The position numbers were made by a program, and so were the translations under genes. Under the pieces are notes generated by a model that saw only the letters and a list, made by a program, of their open reading frames with translations, had not been told where the DNA came from and searched no databases. This document shows, piece after piece, positions 27,701 to 40,590 of a DNA stretch of 64,000 nucleotides (positions are counted from its first letter, which is position 1; each line of letters begins with the position of its first letter). This DNA is from Haliotis cracherodii (Eukaryota), in assembly GCF_022045235.1 (NCBI RefSeq), contig NW_027266341.1, positions 26,350,001 to 26,414,000 on the forward strand, in the 5' to 3' direction.

Positions 27701-29811
27701 GTATAGGGTAAATCGATAATCATTGTGTCAATCACTGGATTCACTGGTCCAGACTCGATCGTTCTCACAGTGTCATCATATAGCGGGAATATTTCTGAGC
27801 GAGGCGTTAAACAACAAGGAAACAAACCTGTGTATCGGTCGCCGGGAAGAGCGCACGGCTCGTTGATGTATCCAAGAAACATTTGGATTGGTTGGTTTAC
27901 GCCGCACTCAGCAATATTCTAGCTATATGACGGCTGGACCAGACAATCCAGTGATTAATATCATGAGCATCGATCCACGCAATTGGGATCGATGACATGC
28001 ATCAACCAAGTCAGCGAGCCTGACCACCCGATCCCGTTTGTGGCCTTTTACGACAAGCATAGTCGCCATTTACGGCAAGCATGGGTTGCTGAAGACCTAT
28101 TCTACCCCGGATCTTCACGGGTCGGAAACATTTGGAAGCGGCAGGGTAATTGTATTGACAGGGATTTGTGATCGACGGACCTTGCTGTGTTATACGCTGA
28201 TCTTACAACACATCGTCACATCGACGAGTTATTGCGTCCAGCTGTGCTTCCTTACCTACAACAGAACCTACGGATCTTGTTTCAACATGACAACGCAAGA
28301 CACGGCGCGTATCAAGCGTCATTTTTATGCAGGTCAATAATGGCAAGGGGCGGTCGGGTAGCCTTGTTGTTAAAGCGTTCGTTCGTCACGCCGAAGACCC
28401 GGATTCTATTCCCGACATGGGTGCAATGTGTGAAGTTCATTTCTGGTGTCCCCCGCCATGATATTGCAGGAATATTGCTACAAGCGGCGTAAAACAATAC
28501 TCACTCCATAATGTCAACGTTTTGCCTTGGACAGCTCGCTCTCCTCGCCAATTAAACACATCTGGGACCACCATGTTCGTCATATTATAACACGACCTAC
28601 TTAATACAGACACTCAGGGAAAAACGACGACGAATACGTCTGACGAACTCTCTTGTTGTCCTAGCAGATCCTGTATTTTCTCAGCGAGTGCATTTTCAAT
28701 TTGTTCCATTGCTGTGTATTTGCTACCTTTGGAATATCTTCTTGTCTATTTTTTAAAAAGACTGATACATTGTACATACGTACATAGCGTTTTCTCTCGT
28801 CGGTGTATTTAAGTTTTACTTTCTAATATATTTAAAACAAAACTGCCCTTTAACATGTTCTTGCATCACTGTAGAGTATCACCTTGACATTAGATATAAT
28901 TATATTATATAATACACTAACATCTTTGAGTCAACCGTCTTTCGCGAACACCTCGTGTCATCACTGATTTTTAGTTATCCATTCATATAACTTCACCACA
29001 AGTTTGTTCAAGTTTACCTACGCACAATGTCAAAATCATAAACGATGTAAGTGATGTGTTCATAAGTGAATTTAGATTTCACATTATTAAAGTATTTAGT
29101 GTTCTACGGTATTTTTCAGGATATAAACAGTTCATGCACACCGGAGGCTTCTATTCTTACATAACCTACCTTGAACTTTACCCCGACTTGGAGTTTGGAA
29201 TCTTTGTGAGTGCCAATGGACCGGGGACAGCGGATGAGGGAATTGCAGAAAAAATTATCTCATTCTATATTTCTGATATTTTGATCGGTGATCAGCCTTG
29301 GCTAAATTCAACCACGGCCTGTACATTCCCTTTGCCATGGGACATGGCGCCATCAAGCAGCCAAAATAATTCCGATGTCACGAACGCTGAAGTGGAATGC
29401 CTTGATTGTTATGTTGGCAAATATGGACACTATTTGTTTGGTGACCTTGATGTTAAGCGGGGTTCGGGGTCGTCATTGGAACTTCACTACAACAGGTTAC
29501 AGGGGTTTCTCAATACCACAGCTGATAAAAGTATATTCAAATTGGATGCATTGGGTTTCTTTAGGTTTCTCTCTCGGCCAGGTAATGCTACCGTACTTGT
29601 AAAAGTACACTTCCATGGGTTAAACAAAGGAAAGTATTCACAAATTGACCTTAGTTTCCCCCACAAGTTGACATTTACAAGAGGTATCAGTTTTTATGAT
29701 AAAAACATATACACAAGAACCAAAACTGAAACAAATGGGCAGACTGTAAAGGAGTTTAGCAATCAAATGCTGGTGTTCGCAGCATTTTGTGCAGTCTTGT
29801 TTAAGTGGTAG
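21739..29811 (+). CDS. Serine beta-lactamase/PBP-like hydrolase, copy 3, intact, 562 aa; exons 21739-22043, 23919-24098, 25363-25626, 26097-26344, 29120-29811
   Basis: Same exon sizes (305/180/264/248/692) and phases as copy 1; canonical splice sites; all catalytic motifs present; AATAAA at 29958. Confidence 0.93.
22745..22873. mobile_element. Palindromic ~129-bp element (MITE-like)
   Basis: ttactcttgacaaaatcagtatgcgaaaa..aaggacccgaggaccc / gggtcctcgggtcctt..ttttcacatattgatcttgtcaagagtaa. Confidence 0.75.
22962..23230 (+). mobile_element. SINE family A (non-tRNA head), full-length copy with TSD; more than 20 copies or fragments in the window
   Basis: acccgtgaagat..ggcgttaaacaacaaacc; TSD acattta(c/a)catgt. 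Other copies at ~160, 16075, 16598, 18465, 20848, 24350, 27885, 39745, 41408, 41940, 42960, 44243, 49637, 56045, 57310. Confidence 0.9.
25014..25120. mobile_element. Short MITE
   Basis: ggcctacttgcacaaagcgatctta / taagatcgccttgtgcaagtgggtcc inverted ends. Confidence 0.65.
26941..27295 (-). mobile_element. tRNA-headed SINE family C with TSD
   Basis: TSD tgaaccgtgatgagg; the empty site is visible in copy 1 intron 4 (~4690). Other pieces at 46455-46858, 17849-17925, 63895-64000. Confidence 0.88.
27600..28610 (+). mobile_element. Tc1 transposase relic in intron 4 of copy 3, interrupted by SINEs; homologous relic at ~4890-5290 in copy 1
   Basis: Peptide LRPAVLPYLQQNLRILFQHDNAR. After the SINE: NVNVLPWTARSP..IKHIWD. 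Both are Tc1 DDE-region motifs. Confidence 0.75.
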
Positions 29812-30075
29812 GGACTGTGCAAAGTTCTACCTGGACAAAGAGGATTTTTCATTAAAAATATCGGTAACTTCTTCCATTAAATAGTTTAATCAATTATGTT
29901 CATATCTGGCGAAATACCGATGAAAAGATAACCTTAACGTATGTTTTGTATGATGTAAATAAAGATTTGCTTTCTAAAATGTTACAATTTGGAGGGTTGT
30001 TTTCAGTAATTGAAATTACTAGTAATGAAATGTAATATTTTGTTTCTACTTTACAAGCTGATGGTTGCTGTGCCC

Positions 30076-30150
30076 TCTATTGAAATGTAGGCACAATCTA
30101 TTGAAATATAGGCACAATCTATTGACATGTAGGCACAATCTATTGAAATA
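30076..30150. repeat. 21-bp tandem repeat (tctattgaaatgtaggcacaa) x3.5
   Basis: Seen directly; only a single unit at the paralogous sites ~6645 and ~14165. Confidence 0.85.
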
Positions 30151-30997
30151 GATTAAACTACTAAATTGTACGGTTTAGTAAAATGACAAATGACCAAATT
30201 CAGTTTTACATTTTGAAGCACTTTCAGCACAGAATCGCATTGTCTCCAATATCTAAGCCTGGGGCTGTTGTGACTGGTAAATGCTTCAGGCAAAACTGTA
30301 TGTGTGTATACATGTATGTCATTTGACCGCCGAACACAAACTCGTAATCTTTAGTTTGCTTCAGCACTGATCCCCTTTACTGACATTGCTGTCAATACGA
30401 TGCAAGTGTATGTACACTGTGATCACACAAATGGTTTATACTTACAAAATGTTGACTAAAATGCAACACTTATTAAGTCAACTTCACATTCTCGAAGGAA
30501 ATGTTTCGAGACCGTGATATATTGAGACGATGTTTTTCAAATATGATGCAAACATTAATGCTCATCTGATCTGATTGCAATCTTGTTTACCGCGTGTTAA
30601 ACAGAACGTAGTTTTTATTTTTTACGTATTTAGCCTAATTATTTCAAATGAGCTTTGGTATGTTAAATATCAGGATGCATTTGTAACTCAGGTACTTTGA
30701 ATAAATTGTCAAGGCCCCGTAGAGAACTCTGTAGTAATTTGGGATACCCCGTACATATATGTTTGATACGCAGTGGGGCACGATATTGGTTAAGGTTTTG
30801 TCGTAACTCGGTAACTCCAAATGAAGTGACAAAGTGAATCGGTAACTTGATACTATTAATATAGTTATTTGTGTTTTTGCTGGGGAGAAGATTACTCGTT
30901 TCTTGTGAATTGTTCAACGCCGCACCCAGCAATAGTTAAGAATTAATATATTTCGGCGGTGTATGAATAATCTGGGTTTGATATGATGAACGATGCC

Positions 30998-31460
30998 GTC
31001 GTGGTATGATGGCACGCAGTTGTGGTATGTCTTCACGCAGTCGTATGTCGGCACGCAGTCGTGGTATGATGATATGCAGTCTTGGTATGATGGCACGCCG
31101 TCGTGGTATGATGATATTCAGTCGTGGTATGATGGCATGCAATCGTGGTATGATGGAACGCAGTCGTGGTATGATGGCACGCAGTCGTGGTATGATGATA
31201 TGCAGTCGTGGTATGATGGCATGCAGTCGTGGTATGATGGAACGCAGTCGTGGTATGATGGCATGTAGTCATGGTATGATGGCACGCAGTCGTGGTATGA
31301 TGGCATGCAGTTGTGGTATGATGGCACGCAGCCGTGGTATGATGGCACGCAGTCTTGGTATGATGGCATGCAGTCGTGGTATGATGGCATGCAGTCGTGG
31401 TATGATGGCACGCAGTCGTGGTATGATGGCAGGCTGTCGTGGTATGATGGCATGCAGTCA
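30998..31460. repeat. 21-bp minisatellite, paralogous to 7135-7450
   Basis: About 22 units with the same flanks as the 7.1 kb array. Confidence 0.95.
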
Positions 31461-34400
31461 ACTTAGTCTCCCGAGCCTGACCACTCGATCCATTTAGTCG
31501 CCTCATCCGACAAGCACAGGTTGCTGAGGATCTTGGAACCACCATGGGCTCCCTAGGTAGCCGTACATGTAGGTAGCAATATTCAATAAATGTATACATA
31601 TGTTAAGTATATGATGATTGTTTTAATAAACAGAGATAAACTGTGACTGGTTTTGATGTTCTGTCTGATAAATACCTCGACTCAGATTGTACCGGGTATA
31701 TATTGATCGTGGCTTATTTAACGCTGCACTCTGCAGCATTCCAGCTATATGAACTCTGTTAACAACCGAGTCTGGACCATACACTCCAGTGATTGATATC
31801 ATTAGCATCGATCCACGCAACTGGGAAACGATGACATGCAACTTTTTTGGTTCTAGGATTCAGTGTTAACTTTGCAAAAAACACGATATGTTGTGTGCAT
31901 GTGCTCAAACGAGCGCAAATTTAACTTTTCCGTCCCCTCCGCCCAACTGTACTGACACATTTACACCAGTCCTGACCAACATCATGATTGCGCAAGAGTG
32001 ATTCACCGTCTCGTGGTACACCTTTTTCAAAAGAAAACAAACCGGGTCCTTTTCACTGCAGGTTGTGTTGAAATGGGTCTTCAGCATACGTGGTTGCTCT
32101 GTTTTTATGCTGCGAGAAGAGCTCATATCCACATTGTGTGGTTAGGGAATTCAGTGTTAACTTTAGCAGCAACATGAGGTGGTGTATGCAAGTGCTGCTG
32201 CTCATGTTCGCTGTCTCAATGGGGTCGGCGGAGGTTTTCTCCGATGACCAGGCGAGTAAGGTTGCAATGTTTGTGGAAGAGGTCATGCGGTGCAGACAGG
32301 TCCCCGGGCTGAACCTGGCTGTTGTGAAGGGGGGTGAGACGTGGACACGGGGGTTCGGACAGGCGGACATAGTACAAGGAGTACTTTGTTTGGAATTGGA
32401 TCTGTGACCAAGGCTTTCACGAGTACCCTCCTGGCCATGATGCTGGATGACAGCAATGGAAGGTATGGGTCAGTCACACATCACTGTACCTAAAACAAGA
32501 GAGATGTCAGGTCACGCTTCCATTTATTTCAGGCGACATACAGACCAAAGTATGTCAATCACAAAGCACAACGGAATGCATCTGAACACACATCAGATAT
32601 AGTTTACACAGTAACACTTTTCCAGGAAATGTAATGACCTATGTTTACTTCGAGCAACTTGTGAACTTCAGGGTAACTCTTCAACAACAACACAATACAT
32701 CTGCTGATACATCAGTCTCACAATTCAAATTGTCTTCAATAATGATAATACAATATTTACTTTTTCTGTGAACTCTGACCTGAAGTAAAATATAGTTTAC
32801 TTGCATTAACAACTTCCATACATATCATACAAAACTTACTATTTCCATAACAAGATTTAGCAAGTAAAACCTATTTTCATAATTGAAATACATGCAAATA
32901 TTCACTTTTACACTATAACATGCTATTACGCTAACTTGATTGTCTGGTCCTGAATCGATTATTTACAGACCGCCGTCATTTAGCTAGAATATAATATTGC
33001 TGAGTGCAGCGTTAAACAACAAACAAGCAAGTAATGAAAAACATTACTTCCGGATTATACATATAATGCAATAATTTGACTTATCAGTGATTACATCTTT
33101 GGCAATTCAAAAGTCCATGACATGTAAATAGAATAATATATCAACAATGCCTACTTATAACATAGATAATACAGAAGCAGGTACTCATTTAGAAGCAATT
33201 GAAAATATTGCATTGAACTATCATAATTCAAAATCAATAACAAACATTTTCCTCTATGACAAGGACATGTGCTTTCAGTAATGTAACAAGATAAGAGTTA
33301 CTTCCCCTGAATCTAGCTATCGTGCTCACGTGACACTCGAAAAAAGGTGACAACCAGAGTTTGCATTGCGTTGGCGGATATTTAACGTTAAGGATAGAAA
33401 CAACTATCCTGTGTTCCTACACCAAAACTATGAGAACACTATTCCCATACCTGAATTGACTAACACATAACTATAGCTATAATAGTCACAATGTCTGTGA
33501 AACACAATCTGTCAATGACAGAACGTCTAACGCTAACCGGTCTCACGCAGGAAGCAGATGGACCGTAAGTCCCCATGGTCCCTAGTATGGTGTCCTTACT
33601 TTGGTTGCTGGTGATCTCTAGCCCATTTTTATAATGTATTGTTCAGAGTAGTCACATTTTTATGATAACATGCTAGTTTTAAATCTGCATCTGTGATAGA
33701 CTAGTACTTTTACTGTCCTTTGTTGACAGATTTTAATATCTATGTGAATGTATTATTACTGTATAACTTTATTTAGTCACTATATGGCTGAAATATTGCC
33801 GATGTGACTTTAAATCTTAACTCACTCACTCACTCTAACGCTAACCACGAGGTTGTTGCCTCGCCTCGATAAATCGAACAAATATGCAATGTTACATCTG
33901 ACAAAATACATACAGCCTATTTTTTAGCATTGTTACCTACAATAGTTGATACAAGACGGCCTTATTTCGACAAGTATTAATGCTTACATACCTAAATCAC
34001 GAGAGACGTCAGGTCACACGTATTACTTGTTTTCATATTTCAGAGGTATGTTCACGTGGTTGATACAATTTACCTATTTTACAAAAACCTATGACGTCAT
34101 TTGTGAAATTTGTTGCAAAATATACACCAGTGAAACAATGCCCTGTGACGTCAGGGTTGTTGGAGTCCCTTGAGTTCCTTGCGGGCAGCAAAGTACCTCT
34201 GCTTCAGGCCAACGCCATGTGACGATTCGTCACAAGTTGCACAGTCCATTCAAGATTTTGCATACGTTTTTCATGATTCATGTTTGACGACTCTACATAT
34301 TCAGATAAACATATGTCATAGAATGGTTAAGATAGTCCAGTGGTTAAAGCGTTAGCTTGTAACGCTGAAGACCCGGTTTCGATTCCCGATATGGGTACAA

Positions 34401-36004
34401 TGTGTGAAGCCCATTTCTGGCATCCCCCGCCGTGATATCGCTGGAATATTGCTAAAAGCGGCGTAAAACAAAACTCACTCACTCACTCGTAGAATTTTTC
34501 ATTGAAAAAATAACATTAAACGTGAAAAACATTTCGCGTAGATATCGTTTGTTAACATTGGATAAGGGCTCCAGGTGCTGTCATCAAAGCTCTATGAATA
34601 CCCAGCGAAACGGTCACTTTGACGTATAAATATATATTTTCATGCACCGCACTGTCGAAGTTCTTGTAGCACATCTATATAATTATACAAAACAATTATG
34701 TAAAGGGAACTGAAAGGCTTGCATTAGGCTAATCTGTTCTGATTTCAGAACGTTTGTTTACAAATGAGAGAATCACGTGATATGCAAATTAGCATGTGGC
34801 AGTGGCGTAATACGCCGCAGTGTGGTTGGGGTCATCAAGTTTGCATTAGCTCCTCTCAGTACACGCAATGTCATTGAATAGGCCCAGCGATGTTGAGAGG
34901 TTACAATGTTTGTTAGCGAAAGGTGTTCTGCCACTACATGACTACGTGCTTTAATATGTTAGAGTTGGGTGCTTATTTTCAGGGCGGTCTCTTCACGAAT
35001 GAGTAATATACATAAATACACAGTACTTTATTTGTTATACCCATTACCTGGGGTTTTGTCAGGACGTGGATCTGTGGACCTAAAATATTGGCACGAACTC
35101 CCGATGCGTTTTTTTTTATGGTTAATCTACCAATACTACTACTGTACATGAAGGTCCAGGCACAACTTGTCATCTCATGCACATCACGAGAAAGCACAGC
35201 CAGTATTTGTTCTATTCAAAAGGTTTCTGGTCATATTTAAATATAAGCCTGAAGGAAAAACCGTGAGGACATTTCAGTCTCACACGGATTGACACGAATT
35301 GACTACAAAACAAATCAGCTAGAAATACCTTCAAAAGGTGGCCCTTTGATGAGTAAAACATCTTCCCGAGTCAAGAGAGTTAACTGACTTTAAAAGTCCA
35401 GTTTCCATCCGCAACCAGATCCGTCTACGTTTTCCACGCAGTTGAGCGCATAACGTGCATTGCGCCGTCTATAAAACGCGACCACCGTCAGGACGTCGAA
35501 GATAAAATCTTGACTCGTCGCGAAAAACGACAGTTCTCCATATGTGTAGAGGCCGTTGACGACTGTTGGCGGAGTTGTCGATGTTGACAGGTAAGGCAGG
35601 TGGCTGTCAATGATCTCAGGGGACGAATACCAACACCACATGTTCAGTTCTTGACGGTTTGATCGGAGATTCTACGGAGCTCAGGTACTACAGATGTGGT
35701 AGGTGATGCAGTTGTAAACCTGTTACGCAAGTGGAGTAAACGGAGAAACCCGTCTTGAGCCGGCGTTGTGACACGTGGTCTCGTAAAACGAGGTTGTTGA
35801 ACACGTGGTCTCCAAAAACGAAGTTGTTGAACACGATTCCAACGTCACAGTTCTTTCTCAGTGATATACTACAGAAGGTCCCTCGTTTCAGAGTTATTTT
35901 TCAGTTGAATATAATTTCCATGAGGAAATGTGAGGAATGATGTGAAATCAAACGAATAAAGTCTCCAATGTATTTCAATGGATCGAACCAGCTACCTTCA
36001 TATA

Positions 36005-36131
36005 TACTACTGAAAAGAAGTTAAGGATCACCTGATTCTTTCAAGTTACTATAGTTAATCTCTCATGTCATGACAGATTAACGTTACCATTATGAAAGAA
36101 TCGGGTGATCCTTAACTTCTTTTGAGTAGTA
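36005..36131. mobile_element. Almost fully palindromic 127-bp MITE (Tc1-like ends)
   Basis: tactactgaaaagaagttaaggatcacctgattctttca / tgaaagaatcgggtgatccttaacttcttttgagtagta plus an inner stem. Confidence 0.8.
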
Positions 36132-36979
36132 CATGTTGCCTCGAGGTTGGTTCACCAGCCGCAGGTAAACCACACTGATTTTAAGAACCTCAATTTCAAG
36201 TACCAGCAAGATATATTTTACCCCCGTTTCTTAAGGTTCAATGAAGGAATGTTTGAAACACGAAGTTGTTGGAAACTGTTGTTTCAGATGATTTTTCTTT
36301 TTATATTACGGGACCAACAAATTTATTTTCGGGGTGTGTGCTCATGCGGTTTAAATTCATTTATATTTATCGGGGAACAATCATAATGTCAGTATGATGA
36401 TTATACCTAGTTACCTTAGCTTGTAAATGGTTGTTGCTGTTTGTACTGTGTTACAATTTAACATGGACGTCAAAGGTCAAGGACGTGTTGGGTCCAGACT
36501 TTGCATTTGTTGACGAGGAGAGAACAGGGGAGACTACTCTGAGGGACCTTTTGACCCACCGCACAGGGCTCCAGTCTTCAGTAATGCCCATATTTGCTGG
36601 ATTCGCCCGCAACTATACGAGAACTGAATTTTCCAAGTAAACTTTCTTATGTTTTCTAACATACATCGATTTCTATCAGACAAAATGATACCATACTCAC
36701 ATGTCTGTGTATTCAGTTCTGAAGCAGGGGGTACGGGTGGCCGAGCCATCTCAGACACTGACAGAGTCTTTGCAGAGTTGCCTCCCTCGTGTGTGTCAGA
36801 ATCGTGGGTTAGAATCCCATATTCGCCCTGGCCATTTTCTCGTCATTCTTGTTACATTTTAGCCGTCACATCACTGATAGTTGCATGTCTGTCGCTATTA
36901 TTTACCTCGACTGGGTTAAATTTTGCAAAGTAGATGACAAACAGAAAACCAGTTTCTCTTGACAGTGTCATATTTGACC

Positions 36980-37108
36980 NNNNNNNNNNNNNNNNNNNNN
37001 NNNNNNNNNNNNNNNNNNNNNNNNNNNNNNNNNNNNNNNNNNNNNNNNNNNNNNNNNNNNNNNNNNNNNNNNNNNNNNNNNNNNNNNNNNNNNNNNNNNN
37101 NNNNNNNN
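36980..37108. other. Assembly gap (129 N)
   Basis: N run within intron 2 of pseudogene copy 4. Confidence 1.
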
Positions 37109-38039
37109 AATATATTATTGTTTATTATCATCTCTCACAAATCGTGTCATTTCTCGTCAACTGTAAATCATAAAACCTTTGATGGAAAGGCCCTCACTCT
37201 ATAAAGGTTCATACTCCAATGAACTCACACAAAGTGAAAGTCAATTCCTAAATGAACAACTGTTGTTTATGCTGTTATTGTTCTTTTACGCAGGCGTTTC
37301 CGCTTTCTTCAAGCAGTTCGACCATTTCGTGACGTCTTCGAGTACAACAACTGGGGGTACGCTCTGCTCGGCCATATTGTGGAAGTGTTGTCAGGGGAAT
37401 CCTACGAAGCCACTCTGGAGAAACGAATCTTCAAGCCACTGGGAATGAACCAGTCACGTGTCCTGGGAAAGACGATAACCACAAATGCAACAGAAATGGC
37501 AAAACCGTACTTTGGCATGGAGAACGAACTGATATTGATGGATCCCTCTATTTACGAGTGACATATGACATTTAATCACTTTGATAACATAAAAGCGACA
37601 AAAGCCTTAAAGTTTTCATATTCATGAGAAATCTTTGCCAAAAGCAGAATCGATTGTGCGATTCCGACTACCACATGACCACGTGTTTATGAATCACTAT
37701 CCGATATTGATCGATGCTACCGAATGAGCGTATCCTGCCCCACCGGTGGCACACGTCACAAACACATGCAGAGGCAAGTCAACTGTTCACCTGATACTCA
37801 ATACCTGATTGGCAATACTCACACTTTTGGCCACTTACTTCTGACAGAAAATATTTAATATAATCAGGTCACGCATCGTAACAACACAATCCTTGGGCGA
37901 TCTATGTATAAATAAGCATGTGCATTAAGTGAGGAGTGAATTATCTGTTACCTTGATATACAGATGCGATAACAGCCACACATGCTACTGATAGGACTTG
38001 ATAGTATACACAATGTCAACAACCATATGCCATGCGTGG

Positions 38040-38247
38040 TTTGTTTGTTTGTTTGTTTGTTTGTTTGTTTGTTTGTTTAACGCCGAACTCAGCAATATTC
38101 CAGCTATATGACGACGGTCTGTAAATAATCAAGTCCAGACAATCCACTGACCCGATCCCGTTAGTCGCCTCTTACAATAGGCATAGTCGCCTTTTACGGC
38201 AAGCATGGGTTGCTGAAGACCTATTCAACCCCGGATCTTCACGGGTC
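38040..38247 (-). mobile_element. SINE family A copy with expanded (GTTT)n tail
   Basis: Family sequence; (gttt)n at 38040-38077. Confidence 0.85.
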
Positions 38248-40081
38248 TGCGATGTCTTGGGTTAAGTTAGCACAGTGGATAAACATTTAACATCAGGTAT
38301 TTAGGAAGATCTCACATATTTTATTCCTTTTAAACCCTGCAGTTTTGTTCATAAGTATGTTTCTGAACCTCAATATGTTTCTTAGGATGGTAAACACTAC
38401 AAAAATGTATAGACACAATCTACGAAATATAAGTTTTGTATGAATAATGACTTCATGTACATGTGTGAATTTAACCTTCGCATTGTTTATGCTCTTTTAT
38501 GTTTAATGTTATTTTCAGGATATAAACAGTTCATGCACTCGGGCGACTTATTTTCGTATACCAGCTCCCTTGTATTTTACCCTGAATTGGACATTGGATT
38601 CTTTGTCAGTGTCAACGGAGCAGGGACAATGGATGCGAGAAATGCAGAAAGGATGATCAAATTCTATATTTCTGATCTTTTGATCGGTGATCAAACTTGG
38701 CTCAATTCTTCCACGGCTTGCCCGTTCCCTGTGCTATCATACACTCAAAATAATTCCGACGTCACCAACGCTGAAGTGGAATGCCTTGATTGTTATGTTG
38801 GCAAATACGGACATTATCTGTTTGGTGACCTTGATGTTAGGAGGGGACAAGGGTCGTCATTGGAACTTCACTACAACAGGTTATCGGGTTCTCTCAATAC
38901 CACAGCTGATAAAAGTATATTCAAATTGGATGCATGGGGCGCCTGTAGGTTGTATTCTCGGCCAGGTAATGCTACGGTTCTTGTTCCAGTAAACTTCCAT
39001 GGGATGAACAAAGGAAAGTATTCACAAATTGACCTCATTTTCCCCCACAAGTTGATAAAAGTACATTCAAATTTGATGTAGGGGGCTCTAATAGGTGGCT
39101 TTCCCGGTCAGGAAATTCGACATTTCTTTTCCCAATAAACTTCCATGGGTTAAACAAAGGAAGGTATGACAAAATCGACATTAGTTACAAGTTCACATTT
39201 AGCAGGGGCATCAGCTTTTATGATAAAAACATATTCACAAGTACCACGACTTAAACAAATGGGCAGAGCGTCAACGAGATCAGCTATCTCCTTATGGTGT
39301 TCGCAGCAGTTTGCTTCGTCTTGTTTATGTGATATGGACCAATGACTCCGATCTTGAAAATATTAAAACTTTGATGCATCCTACGATTCTGTAAATCAAA
39401 GGAACTGACATTTATGTTGCCAGACGTTGAATGTCAGTCATACACATTAACAATCATCATAAAACAAGTTCACCGGTTTAAATATCTTGCAAATCCAATC
39501 ACAGTGAGGAGCTAGCAAGAAATTATCATTTGTTCACAAAAATTCGACTGTTATTTCAGCAGAACAGGCTAAAACGGCAATGCGCCAACTAGAAATTTCG
39601 TGACGAAAACGGTATGAAATTGGCTATAACGGCAACAACATTTGCTGGAACAGATTAATAATTACTTCATCTGATTTATTGACGTTGTTCCATTTTGATT
39701 GGACGCACACAATTAACCTATATTTGCCTATATTTGCATTTTTTTTGTTTATTGTTTAACGCCACAATCAGCAATATCCCAGCTATGTGACGGTGGTCGA
39801 GTGTGGACCACACAATCCAGTAATATAAACCACGAGCATCGATCTAGACAATTGTGTACGATGATTTGCATCAACAAAGTCAGCGAGCCTGACCACCCGA
39901 TGCTTCAGTCGCTTCTTACGAAGCTGAAGACCAATTAGGGGTTGCTGAAGACTAATTCTAACATCTTCACAGGTCGCCTATACTAATTGCAAATAACATG
40001 TTATTATTACGTAAACTGCAAATTTCCAAAGAACATGAGATGAGCCATCATCGTCAGAATACGTGTTTTCCGGGTTCCATC

Positions 40082-40590
40082 CATCTTCCCGGGGCAAGAG
40101 AGTTAACTGACTATAAACGTCGAGTTTCCACCCTTGCCAAACTCGGCTGGAATTCCTGGGCTCGATCGTAGCGCCACCAGAGGTTATTTTGATCCTCTCC
40201 TATGGACCAATCCGATTCCATCACTTGCATTTGTTTCAAACAAAATGGCGGCGCCCAGACAAGACGATCTGATCGATAATCAAGATCTATTTGGTAATAA
40301 AACGGGTCTTACATCGCGAAGTGCATCAAATCAAGCGAGCACCTTGATTAAAAACATGAAAAGGTTTGGAAAATATCTGTTGACAACGAGTTGGCGGTGC
40401 AAATCCTGCAATCGACCCAAATCTGCACGACAATTTACGAACCGGATTTCGATTTCGTTGCGCGATTTTGAATGGGCTATGCATAGACTCGTTAGTGCAG
40501 CTAAAATGCAACTCTATAATACCAGCCTAGTTCGGCAAGAGTGGAAAGTGGACTTTTAAAATCAGTTAACTCTTTTGCCTCGGGAAGATG
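40082..40590. mobile_element. Longer MITE of the same family (~70-bp TIRs); solo TIR also at 35359-35410
   Basis: Same termini and shared internal sequence with 58338-58590. Confidence 0.88.

Larger units (their letters stand above)
32174..39332 (+). pseudogene. Beta-lactamase-like pseudogene, copy 4
   Basis: 16-nt deletion in exon 1 at 32382/32383 gives a frameshift and TGA at 32405. Exon 2 (36457-36636) acceptor is AA instead of AG. Exon 3 is 37294-37557; no exon 4. Exon 5 (from 38519) has an internal ~150-bp duplication and stops. Confidence 0.87.

Noticed and set aside
40134-40559. 141-aa ORF
   Set aside because: It lies wholly within a MITE, overlaps both TIRs and has no transposase motif.
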